NCBI GenBank assembly: GCA_965224845.1
Contig: CBDDAJ010000036.1
Span: 32,724-96,723 of the forward strand
DNA: 64,000 bases
DNA from: Wocania sp.
GTDB taxonomy: Bacteria; Bacteroidota; Bacteroidia; Flavobacteriales; Flavobacteriaceae
Reading direction: 5' to 3'
Shown here in pieces: positions 52,189-61,700 of the stretch. Made by a program: the position numbers and the translations under genes. The notes beneath the pieces are model-generated. The model did no database searches and was not told where the DNA came from. It worked only from the letters and a program-made list of their open reading frames with translations. Each line of letters opens with the position of its first letter. Position 1 is the first letter of the stretch.

Positions 52189-53100
52189 ATGAAAAACCTA
52201 TATCCAAAGGTAAGCTTAGGCAGGTTCTGCCGATTACTTGGTGTTACCCGTCAAGCATATTATCAACATTTTTGGTATCGTGAACAATTATCTTTTGAAG
52301 AAGATTTAATTGTGTCCGAAGTACATAAGATTAGAAAAAATCATCGCCATATGGGAGGCAGAAAACTATATGAACTATTACAACCATTTTTATTAGCACA
52401 TCAAATAAAAATGGGAAGAGATCGGCTATTCGATATTTTATCAGCTAATTATCTTTTGGTTAGACGTAAAAAGAAACAAACAATAACTACAAATTCTTTC
52501 CATAGGTTTAAGAAATATTCAAACCTGATTAAGAAGTTTATTCCTGATAAACCAAATCAATTATGGGTAAGTGATATCACATATTGGAAAATCGAAACTG
52601 GTTTTGTTTATATTAGTTTTATAACAGATGCTTATTCTAGAAAAATTGTCGGTTATCATTTAGCTGATAGTTTAATGACCTCAGAGACAATCAAAGCATT
52701 ACAGATGGCAATATTCAATCTACCAGAAGGCTTAATAGATAAGTCTAAATTGATACATCATTCAGATAGAGGAACTCAGTATTGTAGTAACGAATATGTA
52801 AAATTGTTGCAAACCAATAACATTGAAATTAGTATGGCTGAAAACGGTGACCCGCTAGAAAATGCAATTGCAGAACGGGTTAATGGAATTATTAAGGAAG
52901 AATATCTCAACGATTATCAATTAGAGAATATAAAAACAGCTAAAGAATTACTTGATACTGTTGTTAATCTATATAATAATGAAAGACCACATATGAGCAT
53001 AGGTAATCTTACTCCTAATCAAGTACATCAAAACAATATAAAAATCGAAAAACTATGGAAAAATTATTATCTAAAAAGCCCTATTATTGTAAACCGATAA
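52189..53100 (+). CDS. IS3-family transposase OrfB (DDE/rve integrase core; expressed as OrfAB by -1 frameshift)
   Basis: Candidate DDE residues in WVSDITY, HSDRGTQY and the ...ENAIAERVNG region. Confidence 0.9.
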   Translation: MKNLYPKVSLGRFCRLLGVTRQAYYQHFWYREQLSFEEDLIVSEVHKIRKNHRHMGGRKLYELLQPFLLAHQIKMGRDRLFDILSANYLLVRRKKKQTITTNSFHRFKKYSNLIKKFIPDKPNQLWVSDITYWKIETGFVYISFITDAYSRKIVGYHLADSLMTSETIKALQMAIFNLPEGLIDKSKLIHHSDRGTQYCSNEYVKLLQTNNIEISMAENGDPLENAIAERVNGIIKEEYLNDYQLENIKTAKELLDTVVNLYNNERPHMSIGNLTPNQVHQNNIKIEKLWKNYYLKSPIIVNR

Positions 53101-53173
53101 TAGGACTAAGAATGAATTGTAAACCTATTTTAGGATTAATGTAAAACATGTAAACTTTTTTTAGGACGAGACA

Positions 53174-53212
53174 CTCATAACGGCACCCGTCACAGACGAG
53201 CGCTAGCGGGGG
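53174..53212. repeat. Junction module copy b, box half (variant GGCACCCGTCACAGACGAGCGCTAGCGGGGG)
   Basis: Directly abuts the IS right end after the CTC duplication. Confidence 0.75.
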
Positions 53213-53249
53213 ATGACCAGTTATCCACTAATTTAATCCGTTACCACCC

Positions 53250-53762
53250 CTAATAGTTAATTAATTTAGAGGTCATATAACTTACTAAAGCTTTATCTAA
53301 GGGGTTTGGTTTTACAATTAAAGACAAACATGTTTCTCCATACTTCGAACCATTTGAATCTCTCATTACAAAATAAAACATATTTCCTTTAGCTTCTTCA
53401 TAACCTTCTTTAAAGTAGTCTGATTCAAAACCTATAAAATCACTATGGTAATTGCTTTTGTCAAAAGATTTTAAGAGAATCTTGTTTGGTTTTTTTATTT
53501 TGTTAGAAGAAACAATATTGATTTCATCTCCTTTTAATTCAACAATTATTTCATTTACATCACTCTCCTTTTTAGATATCAACAAATAAAATGTATTAGA
53601 TATTGAAAATAGCAAGTAAGGTGTATCTGTATCCTTAATCACCTTTTTAGATATTAAACTTGCCTTATTCCTACTTTCAAGTTCGTATTTATTTAATTTT
53701 TGTGCAGAACAAGAATTGCAAACAACTAAAAAAGCCAGAATAAGAATTTTTGAATACTTCAT
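53250..53762 (-). CDS. Secreted 170-aa protein (candidate orphan immunity protein)
   Basis: Signal peptide with Cys (LAFLVVCNSCSA). Sits between two junction modules in the Rhs island. Confidence 0.4.
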   Translation of the reverse strand: MKYSKILILAFLVVCNSCSAQKLNKYELESRNKASLISKKVIKDTDTPYLLFSISNTFYLLISKKESDVNEIIVELKGDEINIVSSNKIKKPNKILLKSFDKSNYHSDFIGFESDYFKEGYEEAKGNMFYFVMRDSNGSKYGETCLSLIVKPNPLDKALVSYMTSKLINY

Positions 53763-53785
53763 AATTTTAATTTCTAATTAATGGC

Positions 53786-53909
53786 GCATCGTAAATGTAA
53801 GAAATATTATAACTATATGAAATACAAAAGCTACTCTAGTTTTTAGAATAGCTTTTGTTTATTTTGCCTACTCATAACGGCACCCGACACAGTCGAGCGC
53901 TAGCAGGTG
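53786..53909. repeat. Junction module copy c, uninterrupted (rhs-derived segment + hairpin + ttattttgcctaCTCataac + box GGCACCCGACACAGTCGAGCGCTAGCAGG)
   Basis: Shows the unoccupied IS target: ...ctactc|ataacggcaccc.... Confidence 0.8.
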
Positions 53910-54158
53910 AAACATAAGATTATTAAACAATAAGTGTTTAAAACTCTTTCTATAAACTCAATAAATAATCATTGAAGTTTCTTAATTTAGTGTGGAATTA
54001 ATACAATGGAATAATGGCAAAACAAAAAAACTCAAATAGTAATTCAAATAGCAATTCTGGAAATAAAAATTCTAGTACTGGTTCTTCTACCTATAACTCC
54101 AATATCACTCGTACAGGGGCAGAATCAACTAAAGGTTCTGGTAGCGGTAATAGACCAT

Positions 54159-54659
54159 CTAAAACAGATAAAAATTAAACACTGTTAGTAAAACTAAACC
54201 TAAAAACATTAGTGATATAGAGACATAATTTAGTCTCTTCGTCCAAGTGTTTAAGTCTTGTATTTTATTATCTATGTTTTTGTGTTGACAGTCGTCTATT
54301 TTTTCTCCTTCCATTTTTTCTAACTCCTCTAAAATATATTTCTCTTCATTATTATTTGCACTATATCCAGTCATTTGAGAGATAAAATTTGATGCAATAG
54401 CTATTAAAAATGAAAGACCAGAGAATAGTAATAAATTAGGTTGGTCGATAGAAATATCTCCTGTTTTAAATTCTCTTAAGGTTTCAAAAATAATATATAA
54501 TCCAGCTCCACATATTGAAATAATTAACAAGTCCATTCTTCTTGTAGAATAGTTAGTTCTATCTCTTGTGTTTGTTAGATATTCTTTCCACTTATTATAC
54601 TTAAGTTCTTTCTTCCCTTTCATAGTATCTAAGATAGTAATTAAATTACTAAAATTCAT
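54159..54659 (-). CDS. Hypothetical 166-aa protein with two predicted TM segments (island cargo; possible immunity-type protein)
   Basis: ORF track; hydrophobic segments. No enzymatic motifs. Confidence 0.4.
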   Translation of the reverse strand: MNFSNLITILDTMKGKKELKYNKWKEYLTNTRDRTNYSTRRMDLLIISICGAGLYIIFETLREFKTGDISIDQPNLLLFSGLSFLIAIASNFISQMTGYSANNNEEKYILEELEKMEGEKIDDCQHKNIDNKIQDLNTWTKRLNYVSISLMFLGLVLLTVFNFYLF

Positions 54660-54754
54660 ACATAATACTCACTCTAACTTTTCAACACTTGAAAAACTAT
54701 TTTACTATTTCGAATAAAAAAATATAAAATCAACAATCAAATTCATCGACTATA

Positions 54755-54903
54755 CAAAAACAAAAAACGAGCGCACATATTGTACACTCGTTTCTTTTCT
54801 TAGTTTAAATATTATACAGTTTATTATTTACTTACTTTATTTCATTACCATATCATTTTATGGTGTGTGTGGATATGGAATGGATTATTTATGCGTTTGG
54901 GTT
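54755..54903. repeat. Conserved about 150-bp 3-prime cassette tail A (about 90% identical to 58256-58415), containing a bidirectional terminator aacgagcgcacatattgtacactcgtt
   Basis: Read directly; aligned by eye to copy B. Confidence 0.75.
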
Positions 54904-54905
54904 CT

Positions 54906-55241
54906 CTATTTACATTTCTCTATTCCTAAAATCTTATATAAATTTCTTTTCGAAATAAATACTTCTTTGTTTTTAACAAACAAATCTTCATCAATATAGA
55001 AAACAAGAGTGTCTTCTTCTTTGATAGCCTTTATGCTATAAGTAGTATTATATTTTAAATAAACATCATTGAGTTTAGAGTTTTTAATCGCTCTCTCAAA
55101 TTGATTAATTGTCTTTTCATCATCAATTCTTTTTTGAAAAGTATCACACCCATAAATTTCAAGTGCTATAAATTCATTTTTAATATAATTATTACAATTA
55201 GAAAATAGAAATACAATTAGTAATGTTAAATATAGTCTCAT
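54906..55241 (-). CDS. Putative immunity lipoprotein (111 aa) for the orphan Rhs toxin tip
   Basis: Lipobox LFSNC. Immediately (1 nt) downstream of the orphan rhs-CT ORF. Confidence 0.5.
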   Translation of the reverse strand: MRLYLTLLIVFLFSNCNNYIKNEFIALEIYGCDTFQKRIDDEKTINQFERAIKNSKLNDVYLKYNTTYSIKAIKEEDTLVFYIDEDLFVKNKEVFISKRNLYKILGIEKCK

Positions 55242-56369
55242 TTAATCCATTTTTATTTTATCAAACCACGTCAAGCTTTTTGTTTTTTCATCGTGTACTT
55301 TTTGTGCGCTCTTATTAACTTTTTCGCCAGGGTCTACTATTACAGTTGAGCCTTTAATTCTTCCCAAATCTCTAAAGAGTTTTGTTTGCGTTCTAACAGT
55401 TTTTTTTCTGTCTTTATAATCAATAACAGATTCTTTACCAAAGCTATCAAGTTTTTTAGGAAAAGCTCTCATGCAAAAATCTGAACAATTGTTATCAATA
55501 AAATTATAAAATTCTGTTCCTTCTTTTTGTTCTAGTAACTTTTTAGCTTTTTCATCATATTTACCAGATGTTTTTATTTGAATAGCTCCGTCAAATGATG
55601 AAATACCCTTTATAGAATTATTCTTTATATCTTCCAATGTTACTCCCTCTTGAATGCCTACATCTCCTTTTACTGTTTTGTTAAAAGATTTTAATGAAAT
55701 TCTATTATCACGTCCACCTGCTGGTGAAAAATCGTATAGAGTATATGTTCCATCTTCAATATAATTACCATCTTTATCCTCTAAATAGTTTCCTTCATCA
55801 TCTTTTTTGTAATTTGAAACCGCTAAAGCCGCATGTCCAACATCTTCTCTTCCTTCTCCTGGCAACCAAATAATCAAAATAACATCATTACCATCTGGGT
55901 CAATGACATTAATTGGATTGTTAATGGCATAATTGTATGGAGATTTATCAAAATGATTTTCAGATAATAAATCTAAATTCATCCACCTGCCCAAAGCAGC
56001 ATCATAATTCCTAGCAGTTACATCATACCAGCCTAATCCTAACTCATCCTGATACTCCTTACCACCAAACTTATACTTAAGCGCTGGACTCGTAGAATTA
56101 ACCACCGTATTATACCCTTTATGTTTAAGTCCAAAGGGATAGTAGTTGTTTTCTTCCAGGATTTCAGAAGTTGTTATAACACCATTATTGTTATTATCCT
56201 TATAACTCAACCTTATATTCCCTAAATGGTCTTTATATTGATATACATAGCTATAACTGCTCCCATTAACATCTACATAGCCTTCCGGGTGGGAATACTG
56301 TATATTCCTTAAAATACCACTATTAAAACGCCCCTTTTCACCCCATACTTTAAAATAAAAAGAAGCCAT
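55242..56369 (-). CDS. Orphan Rhs C-terminal cassette: end of RHS core plus distinct about 200-aa toxin domain
   Basis: Region HPEGYVDVNGSSYSYVYQYKDHLGNIRLSYKDNNNNGVITTSEILEENNYYPFGLKHKGYN is near-identical to the main RHS protein, followed by ARNYDAALGRW...NNPINVIDPDGN and a unique C-terminus. Confidence 0.75.
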   Translation of the reverse strand: MASFYFKVWGEKGRFNSGILRNIQYSHPEGYVDVNGSSYSYVYQYKDHLGNIRLSYKDNNNNGVITTSEILEENNYYPFGLKHKGYNTVVNSTSPALKYKFGGKEYQDELGLGWYDVTARNYDAALGRWMNLDLLSENHFDKSPYNYAINNPINVIDPDGNDVILIIWLPGEGREDVGHAALAVSNYKKDDEGNYLEDKDGNYIEDGTYTLYDFSPAGGRDNRISLKSFNKTVKGDVGIQEGVTLEDIKNNSIKGISSFDGAIQIKTSGKYDEKAKKLLEQKEGTEFYNFIDNNCSDFCMRAFPKKLDSFGKESVIDYKDRKKTVRTQTKLFRDLGRIKGSTVIVDPGEKVNKSAQKVHDEKTKSLTWFDKIKMD

Positions 56370-56692
56370 AGCTACAGCTATGCTTTAGTTTTCTTTTTCG
56401 CCTGAGGCAAAAATCATTCGTTTTTATTACATGCCATTTTAAGCAATATCCAGTATACAGAATTTCAATGAACCGTTTTACTCACACCATTCTATTTGAT
56501 AAATAAGTGTTCGTGAACCTCATTTTATTTCGGTTTCGTATACATAATTGCCTACATAATCAGTTGTTGCTCCCGTGCTTACTATTTTTTTAAGCTTAAC
56601 ACCAGTGGCATCGTAAATGTAAGAAATATTATAACTTTATAAAACACAAAAGCTACTCTAGTTTTTAGAATAGCTTTTGTTTATTTTGCTTA
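56370..56692 (-). pseudogene. Degenerate 5-prime remnant of the orphan rhs cassette (YIYDATGVKLKKIVSTGATTDYVGNYVYE then stop and insertions)
   Basis: Hand translation. Nucleotide similarity to main rhs at 59690-59830 is interrupted by stop and inserted segments. Confidence 0.6.
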
Positions 56693-56695
56693 CTC
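56575..56695. repeat. Junction module copy d, hairpin half (interrupted by IS copy 2 at 56696)
   Basis: Identical hairpin and ttattttgcttaCTC as copy b. Confidence 0.75.
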
Positions 56696-56734
56696 TGTCT
56701 TGTCCTGAAATAGGTTTACACAAAAGTGTAACAA

Positions 56735-57112
56735 ATGGAAAGATATACTAAGACATCTTCATCAAAATTTCAAAATAGATATAGTGAAGAGTTCAAACAA
56801 TTTTTATGTAATGAATTTCTAACGGGAACTGCAACTAGAAAATCAATCGAAAAGAAGTATAATATAGGTAATAACCAATTGACTGTTTGGTTAAAGAAAT
56901 TAGGATATGACTATTCAAAACCCAGTATTGTACCTTTGCCCTCAATGGCAAATCAACCGGACAAATTATCAAATAAAGAAAAAAACTCTTTATCTCAATT
57001 AGAGAAGGAACTTGTAGAAGCTCGATTATTAGCTGAAACTTATAGGAAAATGATTGAAATTGCAGAGAATGAATTTAAAATAAAGATTGTAAAAAAGTCC
57101 AATACCAAGTAA
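56735..57112 (+). CDS. IS3-family transposase OrfA (copy 2)
   Basis: Protein identical to 51803..52180. Confidence 0.9.
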   Translation: MERYTKTSSSKFQNRYSEEFKQFLCNEFLTGTATRKSIEKKYNIGNNQLTVWLKKLGYDYSKPSIVPLPSMANQPDKLSNKEKNSLSQLEKELVEARLLAETYRKMIEIAENEFKIKIVKKSNTK

Positions 57113-57120
57113 TCCAAGAG

Positions 57121-58032
57121 ATGAAAAACCTATATCCAAAGGTAAGCTTAGGCAGGTTCTGCCGATTACTTGGTGTTACCCGTCAAGCATATTATCAACA
57201 TTTTTGGTATCGTGAACAATTATCTTTTGAAGAAGATTTAATTGTGTCCGAAGTACATAAGATTAGAAAAAATCATCGCCATATGGGAGGCAGAAAACTA
57301 TATGAACTATTACAACCATTTTTATTAGCACATCAAATAAAAATGGGAAGAGATCGGCTATTCGATATTTTATCAGCTAATTATCTTTTGGTTAGACGTA
57401 AAAAGAAACAAACAATAACTACAAATTCTTTCCATAGGTTTAAGAAATATTCAAACCTGATTAAGAAGTTTATTCCTGATAAACCAAATCAATTATGGGT
57501 AAGTGATATCACATATTGGAAAATCGAAACTGGTTTTGTTTATATTAGTTTTATAACAGATGCTTATTCTAGAAAAATTGTCGGTTATCATTTAGCTGAT
57601 AGTTTAATGACCTCAGAGACAATCAAAGCATTACAGATGGCAATATTCAATCTACCAGAAGGCTTAATAGATAAGTCTAAATTGATACATCATTCAGATA
57701 GAGGAACTCAGTATTGTAGTAACGAATATGTAAAATTGTTGCAAACCAATAACATTGAAATTAGTATGGCTGAAAACGGTGACCCGCTAGAAAATGCAAT
57801 TGCAGAACGGGTTAATGGAATTATTAAGGAAGAATATCTCAACGATTATCAATTAGAGAATATAAAAACAGCTAAAGAATTACTTGATACTGTTGTTAAT
57901 CTATATAATAATGAAAGACCACATATGAGCATAGGTAATCTTACTCCTAATCAAGTACATCAAAACAATATAAAAATCGAAAAACTATGGAAAAATTATT
58001 ATCTAAAAAGCCCTATTATTGTAAACCGATAA
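57121..58032 (+). CDS. IS3-family transposase OrfB (copy 2)
   Basis: Protein identical to 52189..53100. Confidence 0.9.
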   Translation: MKNLYPKVSLGRFCRLLGVTRQAYYQHFWYREQLSFEEDLIVSEVHKIRKNHRHMGGRKLYELLQPFLLAHQIKMGRDRLFDILSANYLLVRRKKKQTITTNSFHRFKKYSNLIKKFIPDKPNQLWVSDITYWKIETGFVYISFITDAYSRKIVGYHLADSLMTSETIKALQMAIFNLPEGLIDKSKLIHHSDRGTQYCSNEYVKLLQTNNIEISMAENGDPLENAIAERVNGIIKEEYLNDYQLENIKTAKELLDTVVNLYNNERPHMSIGNLTPNQVHQNNIKIEKLWKNYYLKSPIIVNR

Positions 58033-58105
58033 TAGGACTAAGAATGAATTGTAAACCTATTTTAGGATTAATGTAAAACATGTAAACTTTTTTTAGGACG
58101 AGACA

Positions 58106-58148
58106 CTCATAACGGCACCCGTCACAGACGAGCGCTAGCAGGTTATTC
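58106..58148. repeat. Junction module copy d, box half (variant GGCACCCGTCACAGACGAGCGCTAGCAGG)
   Basis: Abuts the IS copy 2 right end. Confidence 0.75.
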
Positions 58149-58255
58149 AAAACAATGTCTTAGTTGATTTAGACATGAACAACTTAAACATTCCTTTCAT
58201 TAATCATGAAGGTTGATACATCTTTACACGTTTGGTAGTTAGCTTAAATCACTCC

Positions 58256-58415
58256 ACAAAACAAAAAACGAGCGCACATTAAGTACACTCGTTTTCTTTT
58301 CTTAGTTTAATATATTATACAGTTATTTACTTATCTTACTTTATTTCATTTACCATATCTAGTGATGTGTGTGGATATGGAATGGATTATTTATGCGTTT
58401 GGGTTAATAAATAAA
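58256..58415. repeat. Conserved 3-prime cassette tail B (pairs with 54755-54903) with bidirectional terminator
   Basis: Aligned by eye; about 90% identity over about 150 bp. Confidence 0.75.
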
Positions 58416-58434
58416 TTATGGTATAAATGAACTT

Positions 58435-58752
58435 CTATTTTGTATGACCAAACCTTATAACTTTACAGTCTGATTTTTGAATCTCAATAAATGGAACACC
58501 ACCAACATCGTAATTTAAAGTCCCTTCTACTAACCATACTTTGTCATCTTCTATTGACCTAGCCTTTAAAGGTAAGCTTTCATCGATTCTTTCTCCATAA
58601 ACTGAATAAAGAAGGGTACTTGCAACTTTAAGAGCGACTTGTTCATCATCAACAATACCTTTTTTTTCATTATTAGAGTTTCCTGCTTGAAATGATAAAC
58701 ACAGAATTGTCAAAATAAATACAACACTTAAAATCTTTAGATTAAATTTCAT
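58435..58752 (-). CDS. Putative immunity lipoprotein (105 aa) for the main Rhs toxin
   Basis: Lipobox (LTILCLSFQAG). 11 nt downstream of the RHS stop. Confidence 0.5.
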   Translation of the reverse strand: MKFNLKILSVVFILTILCLSFQAGNSNNEKKGIVDDEQVALKVASTLLYSVYGERIDESLPLKARSIEDDKVWLVEGTLNYDVGGVPFIEIQKSDCKVIRFGHTK

Positions 58753-58763
58753 TATTACAATTT

Positions 58764-61700
58764 TTATAATTTCTCTTCTTCTATCCCTTTTGGTTCTAGG
58801 TTATTAACTGGTTCTACTTTTTCTCTACTCCCATCAGGATTAATATTATTTACCCTTACAGGCGAATTGGGGTCACTAGGAACATTTGTTGAAACTATGG
58901 TTACTTTTCCAGTTATAGGGTCTATTTTTTGAACAGTTCCACTTGGTGTAACAACATAAGTCGGCAATCCAATTTCCTTAGTTCTTTCTACATCGTTATA
59001 AGATGGCTCATTATCAGCATCCGTCTCTCCCTCAATAGTTTCCTTTTCATCATTTCCGTGAGTATGAATATCTCCTGAAGGCTCACTACCTTTCGGAATT
59101 GAGCTTTCATCTGGGATAAAAGCACCAGCCTCACTACCTATTAACGGTTCAACATAGGAATATGTTGTTTCGCCATTTTTTGTAGTAGAATAGAAAATAG
59201 AAGCATACTCTCTTTTACTTGTTATTGAAACTCCATTATATTGTTTTCCAAAATTTACTGCTGCATCATCAACAGATTTATGAACAGAATGTGGCTCTAA
59301 ACCTTCAAGTTCTCTAGCATCTATGACTCTATTTCCACTAAATACATATGGTCCCCAATCCATATATTCTTCTGTTAATGGGTCTATTGTCATAAATCTA
59401 CCAATTGCTGGGTCGTGATTTCTCCATTTAAATTGTATCCAGTTTAACCCTAACTCATTTTGTTCTTCTTGCTCTTGGAATCCATACGGATGGTCTGTAC
59501 CATTTATAACATTGTTATACCCTTTATGTTTCAGTCCAAATGGATAGTAGTTGTTTTCTTCCAGGATTTCAGAAGTTGTTATAACACCATTATTGTTATT
59601 ATCCTTATAACTCAACCTTATATTCCCTAAATGGTCTTTGTATTGATATACATAGCTATAACTGCTCCCATTAACATCTACATAACCTTCCGGGTGATTA
59701 AAGAATTTCAAAGAACCGCCTTCGTATACATAATTGCCTGCATAATCAGTGGTAGTTGATGTACTACTATTGTTATACACAAGCTTTCTCAGTTTTATGC
59801 CTGTGGCATCATAAATATACTTAATTTTTTTGTTATTATTGTTATCAAATTTTACTTCATCAGGAAGATTTAAATGGTTATAGCTAACCCCATTAACTGA
59901 GGCAGTACCAATGCCCTTATTCAAGTCTTTAACCATATTGCCGTTAGCATCATAAGTGTATTCTGTGGTTGTATTAGAGCCATCTTTAAAGCCATAAGTA
60001 TCATTTCCATTATCTAATACTTTTTTAAGCCTATTACTATTGGTTTCATAGGTATAAACCAGATTGTCCATCACCCCAAAACTTGTAGCTCCACTATTGG
60101 TATGTCCTCTTCTCTGTAAATCAGTGATGTTTCCATTCTTATCATAGGCAACCGAGGTTAGGTTATAATTACTGGTATTCCCCGTAGCTCCTGTAATTCT
60201 ATTTAAAGCATCGTAAGTATATTTATACCACTTTAAGCCCTGGTCTGTGTTTTTGGTCTTCCACTCGGTCTCAGAGATATTGCCGTTATACAAAGGGGTA
60301 CCGCTATGACTAACTGTATTGTAATTTATTTTAAAACTAAATAAATCTGTTCCTAAGCTTGATGGATCATTTATTTGTTTAAGCCAGCCGCGAACATTAT
60401 AAGCGTAATTTACAGTTTGTAAGCGATTAGCATGAGATGATTTACCACCTACCCCTTTACTTTCTAACTGGCCTAAATTGTTGTAAACATTATCAACAAT
60501 GGTTTCCTGTTCTAAACTGTTTAGGGTTTGTTTTTGTCTTAACAGCCTGCCTTCATGGTCGTAAACAAAAACATCTCGTGTTGTAATGCTGGTTTGCCCG
60601 GTTTTAGAATGTGTGGTTTTTGTTTTATCAACTTTACCCACAAAATCCAGTTTGCTCTCTACAATGTCTGTTGTTTGTAAATAATCATTAATAGTTTTTA
60701 TATAAATAGGGCGTCCTTTTACATCATATCCTGTTATGGTGGTAATCCACTTTGCAGGGTTAGAGTTATCTAATACTCGTACTTTACTTCCTGTAGCCAG
60801 ACCTTTGGTTAATTTTTGAGTAGCACTCGCATTATTGTAATTAATAACCGCCTGCCCCTCGATACTGGAAGGCAGATTTGTAAATCCATTAAAGGAATAA
60901 TTATCATAATAGTTAATAGTATATACTTTTGATATGTTCGTTTTTGGATACACCAGATTATCATTACTGTAATATATATTAGCGCCTCCTAAACTAACAG
61001 ATGTACTGCTTTTAGTTACATATTGCAATGCCGTGGTATTTGCAGCATTTTGTAAAAAGGTTCTGCTAGAGTTAGTCGTTACAAGTCCGGTATAGGCTAC
61101 CCTTCCAAAAGCATCATATTTAGTGAATAGCCACGCATTGGTTGACGGGACACGTTGGTTAGCATCTTGTGTCATTATAGGCTGATCTAGCTTATTATAT
61201 ACTATATATTCACAGCCTTTACCCGGTATTTTCTTTTCTACCAGACGGTTTCTTTTATCGTAGGTATACTGATAGCACAAGGCATTAAGTTCTGAGGTGG
61301 TTGGTTTATCTGTTGTCGCTTCTGATTTTGGGGGCAATACAAAACTTAAGTTCCCATAATCATCATATACATAATAGGTGTCGTGCGCTACATTGGTTTG
61401 TGTTACACCATTTACTTTTGAGGTACCATAGCTGCGTTTTAAAATAACGCGCCCTTGCTTGTCTTTAAATTCTTCGGTGGTATTTGCTGTTCCGCTAGTC
61501 CAATTCTCATCTTTAGTAATGGTTTTATAAAGGGTACCAGCCTTATAATATCCGCCATCTACTGCTGTGTTTAAGATCAAAGCAGGCGTGTAGGTAGTCA
61601 CTCCATTTGTTGTGGCAGCACTTAAGTTTACTTCATAACGTCTTATCGTGTTTGCTGTGTTGGTTTGGTAATCAAACTTAATTTCTTTTCCGCCACCCAG

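Larger units (their letters stand above)
51764..53173 (+). mobile_element. IS3-family insertion sequence, copy 1 (1410 bp), imperfect terminal IRs TGTCTTGTCCTGAAATAGGTTTACA / TGTCTCGTCCTAAAAAAAGTTTACA, 3-bp CTC target duplication
   Basis: orfA+orfB with A_AAA_AAG slippery heptamer and orfB in the -1 frame. TG..CA termini. CTC at 51761-63 and 53174-76. Confidence 0.9.
56696..58105 (+). mobile_element. IS3-family insertion sequence, copy 2 (1410 bp; ORFs identical to copy 1), CTC target duplication
   Basis: Same IRs. CTC at 56693-95 and 58106-08. Confidence 0.9.

Noticed and set aside
51295-53909. Module as an IS-derived MITE
   Set aside because: No similarity between module termini and the IS3-element inverted repeats. 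The module lacks terminal inverted repeats of its own.
51295-58148. Box/hairpin module as integron attC sites
   Set aside because: No R-prime/R-double-prime (GTTRRRY/RYYYAAC) cores. No integron integrase in the window. Cassettes are not uniformly spaced ORF-attC units.
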